From positions 75,330,001 to 75,394,000 of the forward strand of contig OZ024743.1 in the NCBI GenBank assembly GCA_964016885.1: a stretch of 64,000 bases of DNA. Direction: 5' to 3'. Each line of letters begins with the position of its first letter. Position 1 is the stretch's first letter. The translations under genes were made by a program, and so were the position numbers. Under the pieces are notes generated by a model that was not told the origin of the DNA, did no database searches, and saw nothing but the letters and a program-made list of their open reading frames with translations. This DNA comes from Eledone cirrhosa. Lineage: Eukaryota. Shown one piece after another: positions 51,101 to 63,525 of this stretch.

Positions 51101-51924
51101 AAAATAAGTACCAGCCTAACAAACCTAGCTTGAAACACATTAATCCTTGTACTCTCAGTTGCTTCATGCCACTAAACCAAAATAAGCACTGGCTTCAGAC
51201 AGACATGTAACATAGCATTTACATTACTCTACTACTGTATTTTGTGGTAAAGGCTTTATATTAATTATTTTGAAAACAATACCTTAACATCAGTATGAGT
51301 GGCCGATTTAAATGCTAAAGGGTTAACCTACAATATTCTATATCATCTTATAATATCCTTAAGATAAACAAAAAAAAGTAAAATTAAAATTCCTCTGACA
51401 CTGAAAAATTTTTTTTTTTTAACTGGAATTGAAAAGGCATTTGAAATGAAACGTTTTTGTAAAAAAGTATTGAAACACTTACCTATATTGAATCCACTTA
51501 AGTCCAATAACTGTAATGTTAGAGGAATTTCTCTTTCTAAGCACTGAAGTAATTTATGAACAAATGTTGTGATTATGAAGTTTGGTAGATAGTACTTTTC
51601 TTCAGCCCATGTACAAGGTACCACTGTACTAAATGATGTATAATAATCCTGAACTAAATCAAAGACACACATTTTCGGATCTGGCCAATTTGGTAATAAG
51701 AAACTTAAAGCCCTATCACGATGCCCAACAACTGCAAATCCTGTTAGAGTTTTATACAGTTGTGAGGGAAGATAGTCGAGGGCTTGGATTGTTAAAGAAG
51801 CATGTTGAACAACATACTGGCAGCAAAGATCAAGAAGGGAGTTTGATCTAATGTCACTTGTATTGATATAAAGATCTTGGTCATAGTTGTAAGTACACAC
51901 TCCTTCAATATGATGCACTAACAT
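38345..51924 (-). CDS. LRRC14: LRRC14/PRAME-family leucine-rich repeat protein, 483 aa; coding exons 51924-51483, 43767-43690, 40338-40166, 39103-38345
   Basis: N-terminal PRAME-type BC/Cul2-box region ([38 protein letters not shown]) and C-terminal LRRs ([40 protein letters not shown]). GT-AG junctions are in phase (1,1,0); 1452 nt total. Confidence 0.85.
40166..40338 (-). CDS. LRRC14: LRRC14-like exon ([15 protein letters not shown]...LLRELSGSE)
   Basis: tttttcag acceptor, gtaatt donor, phase 1->0. Confidence 0.82.
40845..41082. repeat. 3 x ~78-bp tandem repeat
   Basis: ACTAAACTAAGTGAGGGACTGGATCCATGG...CTAAAGGCCACTGAAATGCC repeated. Confidence 0.9.
41272..42035 (-). mobile_element. CR1-type LINE 3' fragment interrupted by a tRNA-SINE (41335-41522)
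   Basis: Same family as 9722-11597; the SINE is flanked by an AGAATAAT duplication. Confidence 0.85.
43140..43525 (+). mobile_element. RTE family B 3' fragment
   Basis: [19 protein letters not shown]. Confidence 0.8.
43690..43767 (-). CDS. LRRC14: LRRC14-like exon ([26 protein letters not shown])
   Basis: atttcag acceptor, gtaaga donor, phase 1->1. Confidence 0.75.
44915..46205 (-). mobile_element. 5'-truncated CR1-type LINE with a 304-aa intact RT C-terminal ORF (45050-45964)
   Basis: [37 protein letters not shown]; highly similar to 9722-11010. Confidence 0.93.
46220..46815 (-). mobile_element. CRE-clade non-LTR retrotransposon 3' fragment (zinc knuckle + restriction-like endonuclease)
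   Basis: [70 protein letters not shown]. Confidence 0.78.
47910..47945 (+). promoter_or_regulatory. TATA box (47910-47915) and TCT/5'TOP initiator (C+1 at 47940) of RPL31
   Basis: TATAAA exactly 30 nt upstream of TCTTTCT (consensus YC+1TYTYY); YY1-type AAAATGGCG over the ATG; local CpG enrichment. Confidence 0.62.
47954..48319 (+). CDS. RPL31: 60S ribosomal protein L31 (eL31), intronless, 121 aa
   Basis: Signature [46 protein letters not shown]; no stops or frameshifts; AATAAA at 48517-48522. Confidence 0.96.
   Translation: MAKQKIERKKSSMNDVITKECTIHLHKKVYGVKLKKKAPKAIKKIKLFAEKMMRTKDVRIDTKLNKHIWSKGIRHVPFRVRVKLSRRRNEDEDSPHKLYTLVSHVPCATFKGLQTLNVENE
49690..50265 (+). mobile_element. RTE family B 3' end with 3'UTR
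   Basis: Closely matches 35330-35915. Confidence 0.85.
51483..51924 (-). CDS. LRRC14: LRRC14-like first coding exon (exon starts at 51995 after a tttgcag acceptor; the upstream non-coding exon(s) lie further right)
   Basis: ORF 51343..51924; gtaagt donor at 51482. Confidence 0.88.
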
Positions 51925-53596
51925 GATTATTTAATTTTTAATTGTACACAAGACTCAGTTGGCCATTATGGGGGACAAAATAGTTTTGTAGCAACCTGCA
52001 AATTGAAGAAATAAAATATTAACTTCTTATAACAAAAGTTTGTTCCTGCAATAATTATAGAAAAAGCTTTATAAGATGTCAAATTAAAATTATTTCTTTG
52101 TGGTTGGTTTAATTATTTGTATGAAGTTGCCTGCTGTGTGTCGAGACTTAAGATATGTAAAAATCTAAATTGTTTATACATATGAAAAAATGTTTGTAAA
52201 ACAGTAAAGGTGTCAACTGTTTTTATTTGTTGTTGATTGAGAAACGTTTTCTATTTTTACGTTCATTTCCCATGCTGAATGAAGTGAGATGGTTTATGCA
52301 AATGACAAACTGAACTGAAAGGAATTGTAGTCATTGGATTAGGGCACTGATTTAAATTTTCAAAGTCAACGATGTTCCAGGTTCCAATTGTCAAAAGTTT
52401 ATCATCGTCATCATCGTTTTTTTTCCACACTTGCATGAATTAGAATGTCACAGGAAAGTATCTGTGGACAGCTTAAATTTTACAGGTAAAATCAACCGGC
52501 AGGAGAACCTGAACAAGATGGTTGGATAACATCCATGAGCTTGGCTGGTCTCAGTTGGAGATGGTGGCTTCTGATGACAAGACCCACTGGAAGGAGTGTT
52601 TGAGGACTCTGCCCCCACGATCCTCTCAAGAATACGAAGAAGGGCTTTAAGGGTTTGGTATGGTTGCTTAAAACACTAAGACCTGCCAGATGACGGTGTG
52701 AAACTGGGTAACATCCAAGTAGAATTAGAACTCAGAAAGCAAAGTATCTTGTTTAACACTCCATTCTGTCAATCCACTGCCTCGGGCTGTTACTTTATTT
52801 TATTGACCCTGCAGTGTGGTGAACAGGACATTTTGTCCTACAGTCTAACAACTCTTCCAATCCACTGTTTAACCTTTTCGGGACCACATTTTGAATAAAA
52901 TACACTTTAATTCAATTAATTAGTGAAGAATTTTGAGGGATTTACTAAAATTACTAATTTCATTACTAAGATAGTAACAATGTAAGGGTTGTATATAAAA
53001 TTATATTGCAAACCTTTCAAATGCGTGGTTTTATTTCATAGAACCAGAGCTGTGTTGGTACCTAAAGGTTTAATGTCATCTCAAAATGAACTCCATTAAA
53101 CCACAATCACCTTCAATATCAAGTTTCTGTGGAGTTGCGGCTGCCACATTATAACAGCTTCGTCTCATAACTTCTGTGTTTCCCGAAATTCACCATCATT
53201 ACACCTAATATTCCACCTCCATACACACGCATACACTGTTCACTTTCCTGACATTTGTACATTATTCTATGTACTATACATGCACCTGAGCACTACACAA
53301 TTTTCATTATCAAACTTAATAAGGCAGTGGATTGACAGAATCGGTAGATTGCCAGACACCCTGCTTTGCAATATAGAGTTATGGCTCTTTATATTCTGAG
53401 GTTAGCTTTGCCTTTCATCCTTATAGAGTCAATAAAATAAAGCACCAGTAATGCACTGGGGTTGATTCAATCGACTCCCCCTTCAAATTGCTGGCCTTGT
53501 ACCTAAAGTAGAAACTGTTATTATACTTAATTACTTCCAGAAGCTGTTTCTACAGAATATCTTGGAGACTTTTACCATGACAGGTGTTTCTGCTTA

Positions 53597-55190
53597 TCAT
53601 CATCACCGTTTTACGTCCGTTCTTCCACGCTAGCATGGGTTAGACGGGTTGTCCTGTTGTGGGCAGTGTCTGGTCGGCTGACCATGCCTTGCTCATACAG
53701 GAACTGATTTGGCTTGATTTCTACAGCTGGGTGCTTTTTCCGTGGCGCCTACACGTCCACTTTACAGTGTGGGCTGGGTGCTTTTTTGCTGTGGCACCTC
53801 CACGACCACCTTGCAGTGGGGGCATATTGTCTATATGCTTCAGCTTGTACCCATGGGAGGTCGGGTACTCTGTATTACTGCGTGACGCCAGAGGTCACGG
53901 TCGTGTGTCATCGCCTTTGAGAGGTGTAATTGGGTAAGGTCGGCTTTTATCACCTCATCCCAGGTCATCTTGGGTCTCCCCACTCCGTGGTTTCCATCGA
54001 CTTCTAGTGCTCTGCACCTTTTTATGCAGCTGTCATCCTTCACACGCATCACATGTCCATAACAACGCAACCGCCTCTCCTGCACACAGCATTTGATTCC
54101 TCTTATGCTCAGTCTCTCTCTCAATTCATACTTTCTGAACACCCACCTCCGCTGCTAATTTGGTCACCTAGCTAGCAGAAGCTGTCTACTGTCTCTACAG
54201 AGCCCTCCCAGAGATTGGTGGTACTTGTTTCCTGTGGCTGTTTGCTGCTTGCTGTCCCAGTACAGCTGCTGCATGTGAAGCCTACATTCTTAATTAAGCT
54301 TCTTGAGATCCCGCTACATCTCTTGTGTACCCATTGTTTGCATTTGGGGCAGAGAATGGAGTTCCTACATACTGAACAAGGCCATTTCCCTGAGGGGATC
54401 TGGATTCTGTTTTCTCGTCTACTTACAAGGACCTTAGTCTTTGTCATGTTGACTTTGAGACCCTTTCTTTCTAGTCCCTGCTTCCAAGTTTGGAATTTCT
54501 TCTAGTTCTACCATAGATTCAGCTATAAGTGCGAGGTCATCAGCATACAGGAGTTCCCATGGGCATCCGGTCTTAAACTCCTCCGTTATTGCCTGCAGGA
54601 CTATGATGAATAGGAGAGGGCTAAGAACAGAGCCCTGGTGGACCCCAACTTGTACGCTAAATTCCTCGCTATACTCATTGCTAATCCTAACTTTGGTGAC
54701 TGCTCCCCTATACATGGCTTGTACAGCTTTCACAAGCCATTCATCTACTCCTAGTTTTCTAAGAGCCCACCAGATTATAGCACGTGGAACTCTGTCAAAG
54801 GCTTTCTCGAGATCAACGAATGCCAGGTAGAGTGGCTTACTTTTAGCTAGGTACTTTTCCTGTAACTGCCTCACAAGGAAGAGGGCATCAGTGGTGCCTC
54901 TTCCTGGTACAAACCCAAATTGCATCTCATCTAGTTTCACCCGGTCCCTAATCAACTGTGCTATACCTCTTTCTGTTACTTTCATGATCTGGTCCATCAG
55001 CTTTATACCTCTATAGTTTTCTCTATCGAGTGCATCACCTTTACCTTTGTAGCAATTGACAATGATGCTACTGCACCAATCTTTTGGTATGACACCTTCT
55101 AGTATTACCTGGTTAACAATACGTGTGGTTATAGTGTGACCTACGGATGCAGATGTCTTCAGCATCTCGGCAGCTATACACGATGGACCG
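53597..55190 (-). mobile_element. 5'-truncated RTE family B LINE (RT largely intact, 54434-55190)
   Basis: IPKDWCSSIIVNCYKGKGD, GVHQGSVLSPLLF, YADDL, WPCSVC..CPKCKQWVHKRCSG, GRPKMTW. Confidence 0.92.
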
Positions 55191-55326
55191 ATAAGTAATA
55201 TTTCAAATGACTCTGCTATCAATGTTCTACACTGTGATGGGAAATTGTTACATTTTAGAATATATTGGGCATTCATTTCTCAATATAAGATTCATAAAAC
55301 ATTGGAATACCATTAATGATAGATGG

Positions 55327-55486
55327 GCTCACTCAGATCTGACCTGGGGTTAAACAATTCTAGAATATCCTACATGAGGTGTAGTGTGCTCACTCAGATC
55401 TGACCTGGGGTTAAACAATTATGGGACATCCTACATGAAAAGGTAGTGTGCTCACTCAGACCTGAGAATATCCTACATGAAAAGGT
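55327..55486. repeat. ~61-bp tandem repeat (2.5 units)
   Basis: CTCACTCAGATCTGACCTGGGGTTAAACAATT...ATCCTACATGA repeated. Confidence 0.8.
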
Positions 55487-58400
55487 GCTTCAATATTCCA
55501 ATTTTCTTCAGAAGGTATATTTTTATTTTACAAACAATAGTTTGCAAATATTAAAAAAAGATATAAGACTAAAAATTCAGTAACGAAAAAAGCGTTGAAG
55601 GGGAAAAGGTACTTTTTTTTAATCGACCTTGAAAGGATGAAGGACAAAGTTGACCTCAGTGGGATTTGCACTCAGAGAACAGCCAAAACAAATACCAGAA
55701 ATCATTCTATCTGATCTAACAACTCTGCCAATTCACTGCCTTGATAATGAAATAGGTTGTGTCAAGTTCAACTTCATGGAAAAATGAAGATCCTTTATAT
55801 GTTGGGTTAATATCACATTGCATTAAGATTTATAAACTAAAATATCTGAATAAGGAGTTTAAAACTGACTGACTTAATAAGCTAAATCCTTGATCATGAC
55901 AATAAAAACATCAATTAATTAAACATATATAGTACAAAGATACCAACTGCATGAAATTACCTGTTGGTTATGGCTATGATTAAAGGAAGGGCTGAAATCA
56001 GAGCTCTGGCTATAACCTGTTTCAATCCACATAGCATCTGTGAGTACATAATCCAACTTATTACAGTTACTGAAAGGGAATCCAGCTGTAAAAACCATGC
56101 TAAACAGGGGCGAGAGGATCTTCAGTCATGTCAAGAGCACAACAACCTCTCTAGTGTTGGTGATAGGAAAGGTATCTCATCATAGGAAACCTTCCAAACA
56201 AAGGAGTCAGAAGGACTCTTCAGGTATGTCAAAGACATGACAACTTAACTAGTGTTGGTGCCACAATAAAATGTATTTGGTAGAATGCTAGAACATATGT
56301 GAATAAGATGTGGGGCTCCAGCCTGTCTGAGAGGTGAGAAGCTCTGATTAAACAATGACTAGGTTTTTGACGACTTATTGAACTTTTGCTAGCAGGGAGA
56401 ATGGACAATAAAGTGATGTAATATCAATTTTCTCTGATTAATACTTTATATTAGGTTGCCTTGACAATGTCCTCAATTAAACAAAAATACAGAATATTGA
56501 CTTTGTATAACTACAGCAAAATCTGGGCTGGCAGTCTTCAACTTATACTCTCCTTCAAACAAAAAAAATAAGAAAGGACCAGCAGCCATAGAAACCATAC
56601 CAAATATGGAATGTATGAGCAAGATGGGTTGAACTAACCTCTGGTTTCAAACTGTGACAACCTATCCAACCCCTGCTAGAGTGGGAAGTGGACGTAAAAT
56701 GATGATGAGAAATTACATAACAGTTTCAGAATTGGTAGAAACCAGAATTTGAATTTTTTCTCAACACAGAATTTAATCCAAACATTTGATTTAGTTACTG
56801 AATTAAAATGATTCTGTTTTCATAACAAAACTGTATGGCAATTGAAATTTGGGATAAAAATATAAATGAAAGAGGGTGTGTAATTTTAGGGGGATGAGAA
56901 GTTGGTGCATTACTGCACCAGCTCATACAATTCTTGCAAGAGCTGTTGCAGTATTGAGCCAATTCAGTAATCAGAAGGGAGGTAAGTGTAAAAGCCAAAC
57001 CCACTATTTTAAATTTGGTATTCATGCCAACTCTTACCTATGGTCATGAATCTTGAGCAATGACTGAAAGAATATGATCGCAAATACATGCGGCCAAAAA
57101 TGGGGTCCCTCTGAAGTCTTTGGAGTAATATTACTCAATAGAGTGTGTAGCTACTTCTCCAAATTGAGAGATCTCACAGCTCTGATACTATGGACTTAGA
57201 ATGTCTTAGGAAAAAGTTGCTGGACAGAATTTATGGGCAAAACCAACTGGCAGTAGACTCCGATGGTTGGATAATATCCATGAGCTTGGCTGGTCACGCT
57301 TGAGGATCCAGCTGGATCAGTTGAAGACAGTTGCTTCTGATGGGACCTGCTAGAAGGAGTGTTTAAGGATTCTGCCTCCATGACACTCAGCAATAAGTGG
57401 GTGATGAAGTTGAGTTAACTGTAAATAATATTCTTTAATACTATTCTCCTTTCCTTGGATTAAGACAATGTGTTATGGGAAATATTAGACATGCTCTTTA
57501 ACTTATTCCCTGCCATGGACTGCACTCGTGTTGGAGGAGCCCAACACCATATCAATTGAAAACCATTTCTCAAGGGAGAAAATATAGGACTCCTCTCTCA
57601 ATCTTTTCTATATTTCATCTACCTGTCACCCACCTCGTGGATTGCCTCTCTGCAGACCAATGGCTGCTGATCTCTGTCTTCCCAGGTATTTTTACCCATC
57701 ACTGTCATTGACAGCATTTGGTTGTTTTTACAACTGTTCTAGGATGAGTTTTCTCATTTTTCTATGAATAGGACTGTTCTCTTTTTTCTTCTTTTTTTTT
57801 TGTTGGAATAATGACTTTGTATTGAGGCATATTGGGTCCAGAATCTTATAAGGTGAGATTGTGTAATATTCGTACAGTTATGAAAGTCATTAATATTTTA
57901 ATGAAACCCTCCTGGTTATCATTCAAGAATCAAAACCAACAGATGGGGTTGACTTGATTTAAATGGAATGGTAAGGGAATTTGAATGAAAGGACGAAAAC
58001 TCAACAAGAACTAACGGAACGAGGGATAAAAGAATATAACGACATTGTGCAAATCCATATTAAGATATTGAACAATAAAAGAAAAGAAATTATGAATAAG
58101 GGAAAAAAATTAGATGATGGATAAGACAATTTTAATATTGTACTATCAGTATGAAAAAAAAATTAGAAACAGAAAAAATTTCTAGTCCAAGGGAGATAAT
58201 CTTGAAAACGATAAAATATATTTTAAAAAAAACTATTCTAAAAGATTGTTTTAAATATTTCCAAAATAAAATCCAGGAATCTGTCAAATTTTCAGATATA
58301 ACTTTTAAAACAGTTCAAGGTTTTTTATAATACCCACTAAAATCAATAATGTGTTCATTTTTATCTATAAATTATCGATATTTCAAAATGGCGTCAAAAC

Positions 58401-58732
58401 CAAGATACAAAAAACTAAGATTTACATCTAAATAAAAATATATTATGTCTAAAAAAAATCTATAAATTTCTAATCTATTGTAAGTTGTTCTTAATCTTGA
58501 ATATTTCTTATAAAGTGGAACCATTAAAACCTAAATAATATACATGGGAGAAGAACCCTATCAATTCTAATTAACGGGAATTGTATAATGTTGATAATTT
58601 TCAGGATAATAATGTAAAGTGTTCTGTTTAAGAAATCATCATAGTGGTGATTATAAGTGCTCGCTTCTTCAACATATATAAAATGTATTGTTTTTTTACC
58701 AACGTGTGTGTGTTTGTACACACACACACACA

Positions 58733-58775
<43 letters not shown>

Positions 58776-60689
58776 TAAACAAAGTTTCGTACACCACACA
58801 CATAGTAATAATATAATACAAAGACCAACATCGAAAGAGAACTCGATAAGGGTTTTATGTATATATATGTGTATATATATATATAATTAGTTACAACAGT
58901 AACATGCACAGGTACTTAAGTTTCGCAGGGTTATACACGTCAACTCATAAGTACATATAAACCCGTAGAGCAAATATTTATTATTAGTACATATTAAAAG
59001 TTTCATGAATTTCTGCTTTCACCCTAAACGGGATCATCTGAGACTATATAAAGATATAATTATATATAATTAAAGTGGACACAAGTATTAGGTGGAATTT
59101 ATGTGGAAGCTGACGAATACTTACTATATTTTATACTACACACGTTACATAAAATCCACAAAGCAAATGGACAGTAACAATAAATATTAACCAGAAAGAA
59201 AAATAGAAAAAGTATGCACACTCTCTGAATTACATATACTACAACAAGAAATACTAGAGTTGCTCTCGAAATATTTTGAGGCAACCCAAAACATAGCCTT
59301 CACGTGGATGATAGCTCGACTGAAGCGCTGAAATAGCCAAGCACCCTCACAAGCATCATCTAATTATTTACTAACACCAACAACAAACGATGATAAAAAT
59401 AACTTTATAGTCGGCAGTGTAGTATCTCGGAACGTCTCTCATTCCTCCGGCAGGCAATAATTTAATGCATTCATAATATAACATTATATATAATGTTATA
59501 TTATAAGGTGGTGGAGGCATATTTTTATATTTTTAGGGCAGGTATTGAATAGTGGATTGTAAGGTTCCTAGCTAGCAATAATTAATTATATTTATTATGT
59601 GTTTATATTTTCATTCTTGAAGAAGTATAAACAATTTGTAATGTTATATATACAACTGTAAGTAATAAAAAAAATTATATTATCTTTAATATGTAATAAT
59701 GTATATTGGTATATATGGTAGATGAATGAAATAATAATTCAACTTAAATTATATAATTCAATAAATATCTGTACAACTGAAGGACTGGACTCTATACACA
59801 TCATACTTGCAAGAATTGTCGATCCATACCATGTATTGCTTCTTATTGTTATTATTATTTGTAATTAAACAATGAAAGAAATAATTTAATTTATAATTGT
59901 TCAAACACTCCTTAGCACTTAGTTAGTCTCTCTCGTCGTGGCTAGCTATTTACAGTATTGCATAGATGTACTAATATTATTGTAACTTACCGAAGTTGGT
60001 AAATGCCGACTGCTGTACGGCTTCTGAAGCTAACAGGGTTGATGGCTGAGGCTTTTTATTGGGGATTGGTAGAATCGTTAGAGCGTCGGACAAAATGTTT
60101 TGTGGTTATTGTCTTATATATTTATCTTCTGGGTTCAAATCCCACCGAGGTTAGCTTTTCCTTTCGTCCTTACAAGTCTATAAAATAAAGTATTAATAAC
60201 GCACCGGGGGTCGACTTAATTGACCTAGTGTCTAAATCAAAAACCATTATTATTGTTGTTGTGGTGGATTGGCAGAATCGGTGGAGCGCCGGACAACATG
60301 CTTTGTGGCATACAGTAACTCCTCTTTATTTAAACCCCGCTGAGGTTAGCTTCATCCTTGCGGGGGTCGATAAAATAAAGTACCTGTAATGCACTGAGGT
60401 TGGTTTAATTGACTTTACCTCTTACACAAAATTGCTGGCCTTGTGTCTAATAAGAAACAATTATTGTTATTGTTTCGCTTGGCGAGTAGCTTCTTGATAT
60501 TTCACAAGACACCGATAGCCGCGATGGAAGAAAGAAAACAACTTTAATGAACTCTCACAGCCATCAGATAATCTTTTATTTACTTATTTATAATGATCTA
60601 AAAATTCTATTTTAATTATTCAATCCTATAGTTTCCTACTACTACTGCTGTGTGTATAAGATCTCTTATGTGTGTGAATGTGTATAAGC

Positions 60690-61012
60690 CACATGTGTGT
60701 GTGGTGAATGTGTATTTGTACTGGCACTCCGTCGGTTACGACGAGTGTTCCAATTGATCCGATCAACGGAACACCCTGCTCGTAAAATTAACGTGCAAGT
60801 GGCCGAGCATCCCACAGACACGCGTACCCTTAACTTAGTTGTCAGGGAGATTCAGCGTGACAAGGCTGGCCATTCGAACTACACGTACAACTCATTTATG
60901 CCAGCTGAGTGGACTGGAGCAACGTGAAATAAAGAGTCTTGCTCAAAGACACAACGCGCCACCGGGAATCGAACTCACGACCTTACGATAGTAAGCCGAA
61001 TACTCTAACCAT
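60690..61012 (-). mobile_element. Second tRNA-derived SINE family (fragments also ~8895-8970 and 51010-51110)
   Basis: Minus-strand tRNA-like head TGGTTAGAGTATTCGG..GAGTTCGATTCCC, central TTGAGCAAGAC..TTGCTCCAGTCCACTCAGCTG, (CA)-rich tail. Confidence 0.7.
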
Positions 61013-61383
61013 ATGCGTATTTGTACACACATTCATACATAATGTTCGTAACTCTTTGTGGCAGGTGTCTTCTATTGACATCAGACCTGTCAATTCTCCC
61101 CGTCGGACGGGTAGATCTCCCACCCACTTTGGGTGAAAATGGGTATAGCTTTCATTATGTAAAATGTTCCCATTTTGCCTCATTTATCCCAGTTTGGGGG
61201 GCACTTTTTGGCACTACAACACTATTAGCTGTCAGTCGAAGTAGCCGATAAAAGCAAAACATCGTTTATTTCCGTATTACTACCACGCGTAAGTGGAGTT
61301 ACTTAAATGAAAATATAGGTGGCCCTTAAAAGGGCCAAATTAGAATATACCGCTGCGTTTTTACAGTTTTACTAGTTACACAT

Positions 61384-61429
<46 letters not shown>

Positions 61430-61878
61430 GGTGTCCCCCTCCAAAATATATACAAACTTTGATTATTTGCTGTTGAAGTGTGTATAAATTTTTTGGGAAA
61501 CTGTTTGTATATATATATATATATATTGGGGGAAGGGAGAAATTTTGGGATGCTATACCTGACATAATAAAAAACCAAAATACACCCTAACATTTGTCGG
61601 AATATCAATCACGACAGTAGATAAATAAATATATAAATACATAAATAAGAAATGATAGAAAAGGAAAAGAAAATCCCTACATTATGTAATATTCCCAGTC
61701 ACCCCTAAATTTTCCCTAAATTTCAAAACCGGGAGGGGAAAGTCCGAGGGTTAAAATCCCAAATGATGGTACCTCAAATACTAGTGTATCCCTTCGCATT
61801 ACAGTTTAAAGCAATACATATGATCGCTTTGATGACTCTTATTCGTTTCTAAGGGTCTCGTTTTTTTCTCTTCTTTCT

Positions 61879-61940
<62 letters not shown>

Positions 61941-62075
61941 AAAATCTTTCCCTCTGTCTATCTCTTTCCCTCTCTGTCTATCTTTTGCCATAAAAACGAT
62001 AATGATAATCAATTCAATTAAGAAATATATATATATATCAAGTAAGTATGTTTTGAAACAGTGAGCAGGTTTGAA

Positions 62076-62290
62076 ATTAGAAAATAGAATAGCTTTCACC
62101 GTATTTTTGACTAAAGGAATTTTAGCCTGATAATGTGGTTTAGAACCCTCAGATAAATGGAAAAAGATGAGTATTGATCCCATGTACGTCAATACTCATC
62201 TTTTTCCATTTATCTGAGGGTTCTAAACCACATTATCAGGCTAAAATTCCTTTAGTCAAAAATACGGTGAAAGCTATTCTATTTTCTAAT
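62076..62290. repeat. Perfect inverted repeat, 102-bp arms with 11-bp spacer
   Basis: 62076-62177 is the reverse complement of 62189-62290. Confidence 0.95.
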
Positions 62291-62459
62291 ACATATATAT
62301 ATATATTATTAGTATTATTATTAAAATTAAATACCATTTATTCTGCGGCAGAGCTTCATCTTCTCCATCATTCGCTCCTGCAGAATCGTAGTACTGGTCA
62401 TTATTGTATGTGTGTGTTTCTGCGCGTGTGTGTGTGTATGTATATATATATAGTGTGTA

Positions 62460-62695
62460 TGCTTGCGATCGCCCTTCGTGAGGAGAATGTTGTGTACGTA
62501 TTCACATATTTAGAGGTAATATCACGTGACAAATCACATTATTCTTTCAAAAGGAAAAGTTTGGCGCCATTTTTCTTTCAAAAGGAAAAGTTTAGCGCCA
62601 AAATTCTCTTAGTGTTGTCTGAAGCTGAGGAACCGGGGTTATTCCATTTCTGTCAACAACTTACTGGCGAAACAGATCTCTTTGGATTTGTACGT
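62460..62695. promoter_or_regulatory. Putative (possibly bidirectional) promoter
   Basis: E-box TCACGTGAC 62522-62530, YY1-type GGCGCCATTTT ~62563-62573, duplicated TCTTTCAAAAGGAAAAGTT..GCGCCA, CpG enrichment; donor-like sites on both sides (62690 +, 62334 -). Confidence 0.45.
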
Positions 62696-63072
62696 GTGTT
62701 ATACAGTTATAGAGGTATTTATTTACGCTTTAATTTATATTTTTAATTATCGTGTCTATAGTCTGCCTTTCATAGGTTATAGATTCCATACACTGGTGGT
62801 TTTATCCCTGTTTTATTGATAGCGCACTGTATATCTCTCTCTAGTGTGTTACCTTTACAACATATTGTATTTTAAAGAGCTCAGGATTTCTTCTCCTTTG
62901 AACACATTATTTAAAGGGAATGGCGAGGGTCTATGACTCCGTTAATTTATCGTGATATTTTGCTCCTTATAACAGTCTTTCCTATTCCTCTGTTTGGTTG
63001 AGCACACTTCTCTGAGTGGTTTTGGGCTGCCCTTTCTAGCAGCTCGTCCCTCAGAGGCCACTGGTTCACTGC

Positions 63073-63525
63073 ACATCGTCCTTATTAAAGCAGTGGTTAG
63101 CTTTGTTGACCCCATGACAAGCTTCTCTAGTTTTCTAAGATCATTTGTATCATCCTTATTAAAGCAATAGTTAGCTTTACGGACCCCATGACAAGCTTCT
63201 CTAGTTTTCCAAGATCATCTGTATCGTCCTTATTAAAACAGTGGTTAGCTTTATAGACTCCATGAGAAGCTTCTCTAGTTTTCCAAGATCATTTGTATCG
63301 TCCTTATTAAAGTAATGGTTAGCTTTACGGACCCCATGACAAGCTTCTCTAATTTTCCCAGATCATATGTATCATCCTTATTAAAGCAGTGGTTAGACTT
63401 TACAGACCCCATGACAAGCTTCTCTAGTTTTCCCAGATCATTTGTATCATCCTTATTAAAGCAGTGGTTAGACTTTACAGACCCCATGACAAGCTTCTCT
63501 AGTTTTCCCAGATCATTTGTATCTC
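63073..63525. repeat. 6 x 75-bp tandem repeat
   Basis: CATCCTTATTAAAGCAGTGGTTAGCTTTACGGACCCCATGACAAGCTTCTCTAGTTTTCCAAGATCATTTGTAT-type units; 25-aa periodic ORF. Confidence 0.95.

Noticed and set aside
61839-62746. ORFs 61839..62192 (-) and 62174..62746 (+) with identical N-termini
   Set aside because: Artefact of the palindrome plus microsatellite-derived low-complexity sequence.
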